Shown here piece after piece: positions 44,003-52,615 of a DNA stretch of 54,704 nt. The stretch is from a virus (taxonomy: Duplodnaviria > Caudoviricetes). Position 1 is the first letter of the stretch, and each line of letters opens with the position of its first letter. The notes under the pieces were generated by a model. The model was given only the letters and a program-made list of their open reading frames with translations. It did no database searches and was not told the DNA's origin. The stretch is taken from positions 1 to 54,704 of the IMG/VR virus record IMGVR_UViG_3300034349_000034; one strand, written 5' to 3'. A program made the position numbers and the translations under genes.

Positions 44003-45757
44003 ATGGGGACCGCCTGGCAGATGCCGCTCGCCGTCATCGGTAAGCCGACCGGCGACGGCCGTCAGTTCGACGAGGGCGCGCTGACGCATCGCCAGTTGCC
44101 GCTCCCGCTGCGGTACGTCGCGTCCGACTCCGGTGGCCACGCCAACGCTGTGATCGTCGGTCACATCGCGAAGGTCGGCAAGGAGAAGGACGGGATGCTC
44201 CCCGCGAAGGGGGAGTTCTACGACGACGAGTCGTGGCCCGAAGACGTCCGGAACGCGGCCACGGCCGCCCGGATGTTCACGCAGAACAAGGTGATCGGTC
44301 CGTCCGTCGACCTCGACCAGATGGAAGCCGAACATGTTCCGGAGCCCAAGGCGTACGCCGCCTGGAAGAAGGACCAGATCGGCAAGATCAAGACTGCGAA
44401 GATGGCGCACGCCAAGGCGGCCGGAAGCGACTGTGGCTGCGGCAGTGAGCCGACATTCGCTGAGGAGGCGTACGACGGCCCCCGACTGAAGATGGTTCGG
44501 TCCGGCCGGTTCGCCTCCGCCACCCTCGTGCACATCCCCGCGTTCGCCGAACTGGCCGGGCACGCGAAGCTGACCCCGATCGACTCGTCCAACCCGAACG
44601 TGGACGGCACCACCTCCTCCGCGATGGTCGCGGGCGCGCTTGTCGACTTCGACTGGGCGCTGGTCGACTGGGACGACAAGATCGAAAACGACGGCGAGAT
44701 GGCCGCCGACCTCGACGAAGACGCCGAACTGGCCCGCAAGAAGAAGATGAACCCCGACAAGGTCACCGGGAACCGGGACGACGAGGAGTTCGCGAAGAAG
44801 CGCCTCCCCGTACCCAGCAACCAGAAGAAAGGCGCAGGCCAGGCCGAGACGCCCGGCGGAGACGCCGAGCAGGGCCAGGGCGGCGGCGGCATCGGTGGCG
44901 GCACCTACGCAGACGACGACAACGTGAAGGCACGGAAGCAGATGGCCGCGCTCATGGCGGGGGCCGCCCCCGCCGCACCGCCCAAGGCATGGTTCGACGA
45001 GCCGAAGATGGACCGGCCCGAACCCCTGCACATCGAAGACGACGGCCGGGTCTGGGGCCTTGTCGCGTCGTGGGACACCTGCCACGTCGGCATCGGCGAC
45101 TCGTGCGTGAAGCCGCCCAAGTCGATCACCTCGTACGCGTACTTCCACACCGGCGAGGTGAAGACCGCCGAAGGTGAGCGGGTGGCCGTCGGCCGCCTGA
45201 CGTACGGCGGCGGCCACGCCGCGCCGAACCTCGGCTACCGGGCGGCGGCGGAGCACTACGACCGCACCTCCAACACCGGAGCGTACGTGCGCGCCGGGGA
45301 GAACGAGTTCGGCATCTGGGTGGCGGGGATGATCGCCCCGGACGCCGATGAGGGTGCTGTCTTCAAGATGCGCGCCGCGCCCCTGTCCGGGGACTGGCGG
45401 CGGGTCGGCACCAACCTGGAGATGGTGGCCGCGCTGCACGTCAACACGGCAGGCTTCCCCATCCCGCGCTACCAGCTCGCAGCGTCCGCCTCCGGCGAAG
45501 AGCGGGTCCTCTCCCTGACGGCCGCCGGGGTGCTCCCCCGGGCCGCCGACGAGGACGGCCCTCGCGCCGCTGACCTCGACTACGCGGAGATGGGCCGGGC
45601 CATCGCCCGGGGCATGGTCGCCGAGCAGCAGGCCGCGCAGGAGATGGCGGCCAAGGCCGTCGAGTGGAGCGAGCTGGTCGCGGCGGCCACGACAGACGAC
45701 CGCCTCGCCGATTACGATGAGGTTTTGAGCGACCTGATGGTTGCGCTGGTCGAGTAG
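44003..45757 (+). CDS. Capsid maturation protease (cluster-B-like)
   Basis: TGDGRQF..GAL..R.LPLPL, ATLVHIPAF, GRVWG..A.W.TCH.G, AAEHYD, LSGDWR, VN..GFP. Confidence 0.8.
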   Translation: MGTAWQMPLAVIGKPTGDGRQFDEGALTHRQLPLPLRYVASDSGGHANAVIVGHIAKVGKEKDGMLPAKGEFYDDESWPEDVRNAATAARMFTQNKVIGPSVDLDQMEAEHVPEPKAYAAWKKDQIGKIKTAKMAHAKAAGSDCGCGSEPTFAEEAYDGPRLKMVRSGRFASATLVHIPAFAELAGHAKLTPIDSSNPNVDGTTSSAMVAGALVDFDWALVDWDDKIENDGEMAADLDEDAELARKKKMNPDKVTGNRDDEEFAKKRLPVPSNQKKGAGQAETPGGDAEQGQGGGGIGGGTYADDDNVKARKQMAALMAGAAPAAPPKAWFDEPKMDRPEPLHIEDDGRVWGLVASWDTCHVGIGDSCVKPPKSITSYAYFHTGEVKTAEGERVAVGRLTYGGGHAAPNLGYRAAAEHYDRTSNTGAYVRAGENEFGIWVAGMIAPDADEGAVFKMRAAPLSGDWRRVGTNLEMVAALHVNTAGFPIPRYQLAASASGEERVLSLTAAGVLPRAADEDGPRAADLDYAEMGRAIARGMVAEQQAAQEMAAKAVEWSELVAAATTDDRLADYDEVLSDLMVALVE

Positions 45758-45769
45758 GAGGAGGCCCCG

Positions 45770-45928
45770 ATGGGCTGCAACTGTGGTGGTGGTGGGTCCG
45801 GCCTCGGCAACTACGAGGTGAAGGATGCGAACGGGGCCGTGATCAAGACGTTCACGGCCGTCAAGGAGACCGAGGCCAAGGTGTTCGCGGCGCGGACCCC
45901 CGGAGCTACCTGGCGTAAGACGTCCTGA
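45770..45928 (+). CDS. 52-aa MGCNCG-type small protein (not in ORF track)
   Basis: RBS GGAGGAGG; directly after protease and before terminator. Confidence 0.7.
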   Translation: MGCNCGGGGSGLGNYEVKDANGAVIKTFTAVKETEAKVFAARTPGATWRKTS

Positions 45929-45980
45929 GACACAGAAAGGCCCGGCCCCCCTCTTCCCTGGGGCCGGGCCTTTCTGTGTC
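45929..45980. terminator. Bidirectional terminator
   Basis: Perfect 21-bp inverted repeat GACACAGAAAGGCCCGGCCCC between convergent genes. Confidence 0.9.
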
Positions 45981-45982
45981 CG

Positions 45983-46189
45983 TCAGGCGATCTTGGAGGC
46001 CATCAGCCGCACCGACCAGGCCGCGTACCGGCGGGCCAGCCGCCACCGGCCACGCCGCGCCGACCGGACGGCCGCGACCATCGGGCAACCACACCCCGCG
46101 TTTGGCGAGCCGGTCGGCGGCGGGATCTTGTCGGCCCGACGGACCCTTGCCCGGTTCGGGTCCCCGCCCCACGGTGCCGTATTCGGCAT
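45983..46189 (-). CDS. Hypothetical basic protein
   Basis: RBS AGGAG before ATG at 46189. Confidence 0.5.
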   Translation of the reverse strand: MPNTAPWGGDPNRARVRRADKIPPPTGSPNAGCGCPMVAAVRSARRGRWRLARRYAAWSVRLMASKIA

Positions 46190-46197
46190 CTCTTCTC

Positions 46198-46896
46198 CTA
46201 TCCCATGTACGACGCTTGGGCGTCGTCCCAGCCCTCGTCGCGCCCCTCGCTGAGGCCCTTTTCGTAAGCTCGGTACTGATCGGCCGCCCACTCATCGGCG
46301 ACCTGGCTGACCACGTCCAGGGGGATGCCGTAGCCCCGAAGGAACGCGGTCATCTCCCGGCGGGTCATGACGCCGTCCCGGTGCACCCCGGCGGCTTGCG
46401 CCCGGGTGATCAGGCCCGGCCGCTTCCACTCGACCCGACCCATGGCCGTCTGCGGCGGGATCGGCTTTCCGGCCAAGACGTCCAAGGTGAGCTGGTCCGG
46501 CTGGCCGCCGTAGAACTTGTCCAGGACGGCGCGGGGAAGCGTCGGGTCGGCGCACACCTGCATGAACAGGGTCATCGACGAGCGGAGCTTCTTGTCGTCC
46601 GGGTGGGAGAACATCAGCCGCTTGTGACTGAGGACGGCAAAGGTGCACTCGCCGAGACGTTTACGGAGGACGTCGTTGTCCAGGTAGGCGAGCGCTTCGG
46701 CCCGGTCGGCGATCCCGTAGTGGCGGGCGGTCTCGCTCTTCGCCAAGGCTGCGAGCTGCGGGAATACGTACCACATCCAGTGTGTGCGCTTCCGGCCCTG
46801 CTGGATCTCCCGCAGGATCTGCGGGTATTTGGCGCGTTGCGCGTCAACGAACCGGCTTAGAGGCCGGGCCTGCGTTCGAGTGATGGCGGCAGTCAT
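46198..46896 (-). CDS. DUF1810-family protein with extra C-terminal domain
   Basis: RFVDAQ...Y...L.EI..GRKRTHWMWYVFPQL, EALAYL...L..RL, D..KL.SSMTLF, D..TL. Confidence 0.85.
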   Translation of the reverse strand: MTAAITRTQARPLSRFVDAQRAKYPQILREIQQGRKRTHWMWYVFPQLAALAKSETARHYGIADRAEALAYLDNDVLRKRLGECTFAVLSHKRLMFSHPDDKKLRSSMTLFMQVCADPTLPRAVLDKFYGGQPDQLTLDVLAGKPIPPQTAMGRVEWKRPGLITRAQAAGVHRDGVMTRREMTAFLRGYGIPLDVVSQVADEWAADQYRAYEKGLSEGRDEGWDDAQASYMG

Positions 46897-47279
46897 GCCT
46901 CGCTCGCCTCCTGCTCTTTATGGCACGGCCAGCACACGGCGACTTCGGCGTTGCCCCAGCGGTCCAGGTCATGAACCCTGGCCTCGCAGCGCGGGCAGGT
47001 GATCAGCGGCTCACCGTCGCGGCTGGTCATCCACTCGGCGTCGGCCGCCCGGTACGCCTCGCAGGTGTCCGAATGGGTGCGCCCCTCGCAGCGGAAGCCC
47101 ATGATGGCCGCGCCGCTGGCCTCGCCGACGGCCCAAGCACTGGACGTGACCAGGCCGTGGATCTGCTCCCGGAGGTGCAGGTACCAATCGGGCAGGTCAG
47201 CGCCGAGCGCGGTTTCGGCGGTAGTGAGTGCGCCCTGAACTGCGGCGGCACTGTCGGCGATGTCTGCGGTACTGCTCAT
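46893..47279 (-). CDS. Hypothetical protein with C-terminal CxxC..CxxC
   Basis: RBS GGGGAGG; CPRC...CWPC. Confidence 0.6.
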   Translation of the reverse strand: MSSTADIADSAAAVQGALTTAETALGADLPDWYLHLREQIHGLVTSSAWAVGEASGAAIMGFRCEGRTHSDTCEAYRAADAEWMTSRDGEPLITCPRCEARVHDLDRWGNAEVAVCWPCHKEQEASEA

Positions 47280-47298
47280 TACGGCCTCCCCTGGCTGG

Positions 47299-47363
47299 TC
47301 TGTCTGCCTACAGTATACACCTTCCATCCCTGCCCCGCTAGGTGTATGCTGTAGGCAGACAGA
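47299..47363. promoter_or_regulatory. Divergent promoter pair forming a 24-bp inverted repeat
   Basis: AGGTGTATRCTGTAGGCAGACAGA on both strands (1 mismatch, 17-bp spacer) between divergent genes. Confidence 0.75.
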
Positions 47364-47378
47364 TTGAGGGAGGGCGTC

Positions 47379-47618
47379 ATGGGCAAGGCATATGAGAAGA
47401 GCATCGCCGCAGCGAAAGCGGTCCAGGCCAGCGTCGGCCAAAAGCCCGAGCGGACCGAACCCCGGTCGCGGGCCGAGATCGAGTCCTACGTAAGGGGCTT
47501 CGGGATGTCGGCCGCCGCCACCCGCCGCATGGTCGACGAGTGGGTAGCCGACCAGGGACGCGCCCGCGAAGCGGGCTGGGAATCCCATGCCGACTCCGTC
47601 TACTACGACGAGCACTGA
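47379..47618 (+). CDS. Hypothetical protein, similar to the C-terminal tail of the DUF1810 protein
   Basis: RSRAEIESYVRGFG...MVDEWVADQ.RA. Confidence 0.65.
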   Translation: MGKAYEKSIAAAKAVQASVGQKPERTEPRSRAEIESYVRGFGMSAAATRRMVDEWVADQGRAREAGWESHADSVYYDEH

Positions 47619-47627
47619 GGGAGAGTC

Positions 47628-47774
47628 GTGAGCTACCTCGTCCGCCGCCACCCCGTCGCCACCTTCCTGGCCGCGCTGGTCTTCGGCCCGTACCTGCTGG
47701 CTGCCGCCCTGCTCTTCCTGGTGCTCTACGCCCTCGGAGCGCTGTTCCTGCTCGCCTTCGGGCGCAAGGGATGA
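47628..47774 (+). CDS. 48-aa membrane protein (not in ORF track)
   Basis: GTG after GAGGGAG; strongly hydrophobic; ATGA overlap with the next gene. Confidence 0.55.
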   Translation: MSYLVRRHPVATFLAALVFGPYLLAAALLFLVLYALGALFLLAFGRKG

Positions 47775-47971
47775 CCGAACCCCTGTTCGGCCTCACCTCC
47801 TCCCGGCCCGACGCCGAGCTGCACTCGTGCGACCTCTGCCCGGCCGCCGCCATGGCGTCCAGGGACACGCTGCGCGTGCATGGCTGGATCGTGTTCGACG
47901 GCGAGTCCGTGACCGGTAAACCCCTGCACGTCCGTATCTGCCGGGCCTGCCGCCTGAAGGAGAACCGATGA
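47771..47971 (+). CDS. Small zinc-finger protein
   Basis: CDLC...CRAC; ATGA overlaps. Confidence 0.55.
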   Translation: MTEPLFGLTSSRPDAELHSCDLCPAAAMASRDTLRVHGWIVFDGESVTGKPLHVRICRACRLKENR

Positions 47972-48270
47972 ACGACTGGACTGGTACCGATCTGTGGAGT
48001 GCGGCCATGCGAGAGAACTGGGCCCGCAACCAGGTGGCCCGCGCCGGGCATTCCTGGGCGACGCACACCGTCAAGTTCGACGGCACGGTCCTGCCCCGCG
48101 TCGACTGGTCGGAGTATCGCAAATGCTCTGCGGTGTGCCGCGCCAAGATCGGCGAACCCTGCTTCAGCCAGTCCGGGCGGGTCGTCAACGGCCAGCCGGA
48201 CGGCATCCGTACCTACCTGATAGAGCCGCACGCGGCCCGCGTCCGGCGCAAGCCTCACTCCCAGCTCTAG
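47968..48270 (+). CDS. Zinc-finger protein
   Basis: CSAVCRAKIGEPC...H.AR. Confidence 0.6.
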   Translation: MNDWTGTDLWSAAMRENWARNQVARAGHSWATHTVKFDGTVLPRVDWSEYRKCSAVCRAKIGEPCFSQSGRVVNGQPDGIRTYLIEPHAARVRRKPHSQL

Positions 48271-48307
48271 ATGCAGAAGGCCCCCACCTGGTGGGGGCCT
48301 TCTGCAT
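48271..48307. terminator. Bidirectional terminator
   Basis: ATGCAGAAGGCCCCCAC/GTGGGGGCCTTCTGCAT between convergent genes. Confidence 0.88.
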
Positions 48308-48314
48308 GTCCAGG

Positions 48315-48830
48315 TCAGAGGCGGACGGGCAGCGGGGTTGCAGGCTTGACGGCTTTGCCCTGGGTGTCCGTGCCGAGGAGTCTGGCCTCAATGTCGACCC
48401 AGCCCTGGTCGGTCAGCTCCGCGCGGATCTCTTCCGGCGACACGTTGGCGTACCACTCGTCGCCGATCAGCCCCCATACGGCCTCGACGCCGGAGTGCGG
48501 CGGGCGGCCCGGCCCGGCGCAGGTGAAGACCAGCCAGCCGCCCGGCCGCAGCGCGGTCCAGGCGGTCAGCAGGATCTCCCGCCACCGTTCGGCGTGCTCG
48601 AACGTCTCCGTGCACAGGACCAGGTCGTACGCGATGGCGGGCTTCCAGTCGGCGGCGTCGGCGATGATGTCGACGCCCTTGCCGGGTCGCAGGTCCAGGA
48701 CGGTATACGGGGTGGCGTTCGGGAACAGCATGCGGGTGTTCCCGTTGAGGTCCCGGCCGCCGATGTCGAGTACGGCCAGGTCGTCGGTGGTCCGGAACTG
48801 GCCGACCCAGCTCAGTACCGCTTCGTGCAT
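48315..48830 (-). CDS. Class I SAM-dependent methyltransferase
   Basis: VLDIGGRDLNG, GVDIIADA, YDLVLCTETFEH, LRPGG. Confidence 0.88.
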   Translation of the reverse strand: MHEAVLSWVGQFRTTDDLAVLDIGGRDLNGNTRMLFPNATPYTVLDLRPGKGVDIIADAADWKPAIAYDLVLCTETFEHAERWREILLTAWTALRPGGWLVFTCAGPGRPPHSGVEAVWGLIGDEWYANVSPEEIRAELTDQGWVDIEARLLGTDTQGKAVKPATPLPVRL

Positions 48831-48833
48831 CTC

Positions 48834-50558
48834 TCAGCCCTCGTTTTCGATCTTGTGGGCGGCACTCCACCGGTCCCGGAACAAGGCCCCGTCCGTCTCG
48901 GCCGCCGCCTGCCCGAGGGCGTACACCGGGTCCATCTCACCCTTGCCGAAGTACGGGTGCAGGTGCTCGACATGCGCGGCCAGGCACGGAGCCCACTCGC
49001 CGCGCGCCTTGGCTGCCTCGATGATCTCGTTGTCCACGTACCAGTGCCGGTACCCCTCGTGGCAGACGACGCCAGGGCCGTCCCAGGACGCGCCCGTGTC
49101 GTTGACGTAGGCCCGGCGGATGAGCATGTGGGTGGCGTGTGTTCCGGCCAGGACCGCTGGGTTGCCCAGGTCGTTGGTGCCGACCACGGCCGCTCCGCTG
49201 AGACGCGCGACCTCCATGGCCTGATCGAGCCAGCCCGGGTGGAACTTCACGTCGTCGCCGACCAGGAAAAGCCACGGCTCGACGGAGATCTGGTGGCCCC
49301 GGTTCACCTTCTCCGCGAAAGAGCCCATCTCCCGCAGGTAACGGTGCTCGTCGATCATGACTGCCAGATCGGGAACGGTTTCCCGGGCCCATGCCTCAAC
49401 GGTGAGGATGTCGCCGTCATCGGCCATCACGTACACCGCGACCCAGTCCCGCTGTCTCGGGGTCAGGCTGGCGACCAGTGACGTCAGGAACGTCTCGGCG
49501 TTGTCCCGCTGCGCTACCGGCACGATGATGGCGACCTCTTCGGTGGCCTCGGGGACTTGCTTGTTGCGGATCGGCGAGTCCTGCGCGGCCTGCGTCGCGG
49601 CGTTCGGGTTGATCTGCAACAGCGGCCACTGGGCGGGGGCCAGCGGCACGATGTTCGATGCCGGGGGCGTGAACGGCTTCATCTTGTAGTCGTCCGTGCC
49701 GTACCAGGCGGTCTTCTGGTGGGTGGTGGTCACGCCGGTGTGCACCATGACCGGTAGGCCGACCTGGTGGGCGCGCAGGCAGAACGAGATGTCCTCGCCG
49801 CACTTCTCGCCGTCCGGCCCGGGGATGCGTTCGAACCAGATCTCCGCCGGGGCCCCGCCGTCGCGGGCCCACTTGGCGATCTTCTCGTACGCGGACCGGT
49901 GGGTCAGCAGGAAACCGCATCCGGTCGCCGCGACCCGGGTCGGTTCGCCGTTCCAGGAGGTCCGGGCGACCATCTTGTATGAGCCGGGCATGCCGTTCTT
50001 CGGCTCGACCCACGACCAGTCGTAGAGGGTGGGGGCGAGGCTGGACCTCAGGCCACCCCGGAAGTCGTGACTGAAGTCGCCCTCGATGAACGCCAGACCG
50101 CCGACGATCGGCGCGGTGTCCGGGTCGGCGACCTTCAGCAGCTCTTCCAGGGCGTTCGGCTCGAACCCGATGTCGGTATCGATCCAAAGCAGCCAGTCAG
50201 CGTCGCTGGCCAGGAACGCGGCGGTCGCGGTGTTGCGGGCGTGGGACAGCTCCATCGACCGGCCCCATACAGCGGCGAGCGCGCCGCTGTTCATGAGCCC
50301 GGAGTTGTGCATCAGGTGATCGCCGTGCTGCTTGTCGTAGGCCACCATTCGCAGCACCGACTCGGTGAAGTTCCAGCCCGCCTCATTGAGGTGCGGCACC
50401 CCGATGCAGACCTTCTCTCCTGCGCGCGGGTCGGCTGGTGCCTCCGGCTCGGGCTGGGGCCACCCTCCGGTGGGCCTGGTGATGTCCTTCATCGCGGCCA
50501 GGAAGCCCTTCGCTTCCATCCGGGTGACCTCTTCGGGCACGGCGTCGTTCAACGTCAT
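48834..50558 (-). CDS. Tandem two-domain GT-A (GT2-like) glycosyltransferase
   Basis: Domain 1: ARN, WLLWIDTD, TGCGFLL.HR, GEDISFC.R; domain 2: IIVP, K.N.G, FLVGDDV, HWYVDNE, VEHLHP; RBS GGAGG before 50558. Confidence 0.88.
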   Translation of the reverse strand: MTLNDAVPEEVTRMEAKGFLAAMKDITRPTGGWPQPEPEAPADPRAGEKVCIGVPHLNEAGWNFTESVLRMVAYDKQHGDHLMHNSGLMNSGALAAVWGRSMELSHARNTATAAFLASDADWLLWIDTDIGFEPNALEELLKVADPDTAPIVGGLAFIEGDFSHDFRGGLRSSLAPTLYDWSWVEPKNGMPGSYKMVARTSWNGEPTRVAATGCGFLLTHRSAYEKIAKWARDGGAPAEIWFERIPGPDGEKCGEDISFCLRAHQVGLPVMVHTGVTTTHQKTAWYGTDDYKMKPFTPPASNIVPLAPAQWPLLQINPNAATQAAQDSPIRNKQVPEATEEVAIIVPVAQRDNAETFLTSLVASLTPRQRDWVAVYVMADDGDILTVEAWARETVPDLAVMIDEHRYLREMGSFAEKVNRGHQISVEPWLFLVGDDVKFHPGWLDQAMEVARLSGAAVVGTNDLGNPAVLAGTHATHMLIRRAYVNDTGASWDGPGVVCHEGYRHWYVDNEIIEAAKARGEWAPCLAAHVEHLHPYFGKGEMDPVYALGQAAAETDGALFRDRWSAAHKIENEG

Positions 50559-50662
50559 ACGGGTTCCTCCTCCAGGAAACAGCAGAGTACCGCTATGATC
50601 GCCCGCAGGTGTATCCGTGCTGCCACGGTCCGGCGGAGCGCTCGAAGTGAAGAGAGCCCGCA

Positions 50663-52543
50663 GTGGCAAACCTGCCTTTCCAGGTTCCGACGGACGAGAA
50701 CGGCGACTACGCCTTCTCGGGCATGTCGACCGAGAACCTGACTTCGATCCGGACGCAGGCGCGCGAGAAGGCCGCTGAGTACGCCGAGATGGACGTCTCT
50801 GACGTCTCCGGCGACGACATCGCGACGATGCGCGAGCTGACCAACATCGTCAAGGGCGTGGACGCGGAGCGCACCCGCCGGTCGGGTGCCGCAGGAGCGT
50901 TCGCCGCCCTCACAGACAGCCTCGGCGACGAGGACGAGCCCGACGGCGATGAGGGCACCACCGGCACGGACGCCGAGGGGACCGGCACCGTGGAGACTCC
51001 CGCAGCTTCGACGGTCGCGGCGGCCAAGCCGACTGCGCCGGGCGTCGCTGCTGTGGCCTCCCGGACCACCCCCGCCGTTCCGGCCGACCAGGTGCCGCAG
51101 GCGACCCCGGCCGTCATCCTCGCCGGGGCGAACAACTCCGACTACCCGACCGGCTCAGAGCTGGACTGGCTGAAGGTCGGCAAGCTTGTCGAAAAGCGGT
51201 TCCTCCAGTACTCCGCGTCCGGCGGCAACGGCGGCCCCCGCCGTGACCCGATCGCTCAGCTCAAGCTGGACTACCCGGCGGAGCTGACCGCTTCCGGCGG
51301 CCTCCAGGAGGACGCGACCGCGCTGCTCGACTACGCGGCGTCGGAGAAGCGCCTGCCGGGCGGTTCGCTGCTGGCGTCGCTGAACATCAAGCGCAAGCAG
51401 GCCGAGGCGGCGGGCGCACCGAACGCCCTGACGGCGGCCGGTGCGGGCTGGTGTGCCCCGTCGGAGGTGCTGTACGACCTGTGTGAGCTGGAGTCGTCCG
51501 ACGGCCTGCTGGACATCCCGGAGATCAACGTCTCGCGGGGCGGTATCAAGTTCACGACCGGCCCCGACTTCTCCTCGATCTACTCGGGTGCGGGCTACTT
51601 CCACTACACCGAGGCGCAGATCATCTCGGGTGTCACCAAGCCGACGATGCCGGTTCCCTGCCCGTCGTTCACCGACGTGCGGCTGGAGGCCGACGGCCTG
51701 GCCATCCAGGCTGACCTCCTCCAGTTGCGGGGCTACCCGGAGCTGATCGCCCGGTTCGTGCGGGGTGCCATGGTCGCGCACACGCACAAGATCAACCAGT
51801 TCATGATCAACGCCCTGGTGACCGGCTCGACCGCGCTGAACCTCCCGTCCAGCGTCGTCGCCCACACCCCGGGCCTGGGTACCACCTGGTACACCGACCA
51901 CTCCGTCCTGTCCACCCTGCTAGGTGCCCTGGACATGGCCATCGCGGACTACAAGTACCGCCAGCGCATGCAGCTCTCCTCCACCCTGGAGGTCGTGCTG
52001 CCGTACTGGGTCCAGTCCTGGATTCGCGCAGACGTCACCCGCCGGTCGTTCTACGACGGTGACGGCGGCGTCGACCAGTTCGCCGTGACCATGGCGAACA
52101 TGCAGGACTGGCTCGCCGTGCGCGGTGCCCGCGTCCAGTGGGTCTACGACTGGCAGGACGCCTTCTACTGGGCGGCCTACCCGACCGGTGCCCCGTCCGC
52201 GTGGCAGCAGTTCGGCCAGTCGCCGACCTCCACGGACTTCGTCCAGGACTGGCCGCACACCCTCCAGGTGCTGCTGTACGCGGCCGGTACGTGGGTGCGC
52301 GGCAACGCCGACATCATCACCCTCGACACCGTCTACGACTCGACTCTGCTGGCGCAGAACAAGACGACCCAGCTCTTCACCGAGCAGGGCATCCTCGCGG
52401 CGAAGACCTGCTTCGACAGCCGGGTCTACACCGTCGGCGCGGTCCCGGGCGGCCTGATCCCGACCGGCGCGGCCTCCTACGCCCTGAACGCTCAGGCGGC
52501 GGCCACCTCGACGTCCGTCGGTGCCTTCCCGACCAACCCGTAA
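50663..52543 (+). CDS. Major capsid (hexamer) protein with N-terminal scaffold-like region
   Basis: LTAAGAGWCAPSEVLYDLC, DGLLDIPEINVSRGGI, K......CP.F.DVRL, RGYPEL, QWVYDWQ, DSTLL.QN..T.LFTE. Confidence 0.9.
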   Translation: MANLPFQVPTDENGDYAFSGMSTENLTSIRTQAREKAAEYAEMDVSDVSGDDIATMRELTNIVKGVDAERTRRSGAAGAFAALTDSLGDEDEPDGDEGTTGTDAEGTGTVETPAASTVAAAKPTAPGVAAVASRTTPAVPADQVPQATPAVILAGANNSDYPTGSELDWLKVGKLVEKRFLQYSASGGNGGPRRDPIAQLKLDYPAELTASGGLQEDATALLDYAASEKRLPGGSLLASLNIKRKQAEAAGAPNALTAAGAGWCAPSEVLYDLCELESSDGLLDIPEINVSRGGIKFTTGPDFSSIYSGAGYFHYTEAQIISGVTKPTMPVPCPSFTDVRLEADGLAIQADLLQLRGYPELIARFVRGAMVAHTHKINQFMINALVTGSTALNLPSSVVAHTPGLGTTWYTDHSVLSTLLGALDMAIADYKYRQRMQLSSTLEVVLPYWVQSWIRADVTRRSFYDGDGGVDQFAVTMANMQDWLAVRGARVQWVYDWQDAFYWAAYPTGAPSAWQQFGQSPTSTDFVQDWPHTLQVLLYAAGTWVRGNADIITLDTVYDSTLLAQNKTTQLFTEQGILAAKTCFDSRVYTVGAVPGGLIPTGAASYALNAQAAATSTSVGAFPTNP

Positions 52544-52550
52544 CCGAGAC

Positions 52551-52586
52551 TCCCCGAGGCCGCGCCCCCATACGCGGCCTCGGGGA
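52551..52586 (+). terminator. 14-bp hairpin after the major capsid gene
   Basis: TCCCCGAGGCCGCG/CGCGGCCTCGGGGA, no U-tract. Confidence 0.6.
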
Positions 52587-52615
52587 AACCACCTTCGGCA
52601 AGGGAGGGAGAACCG

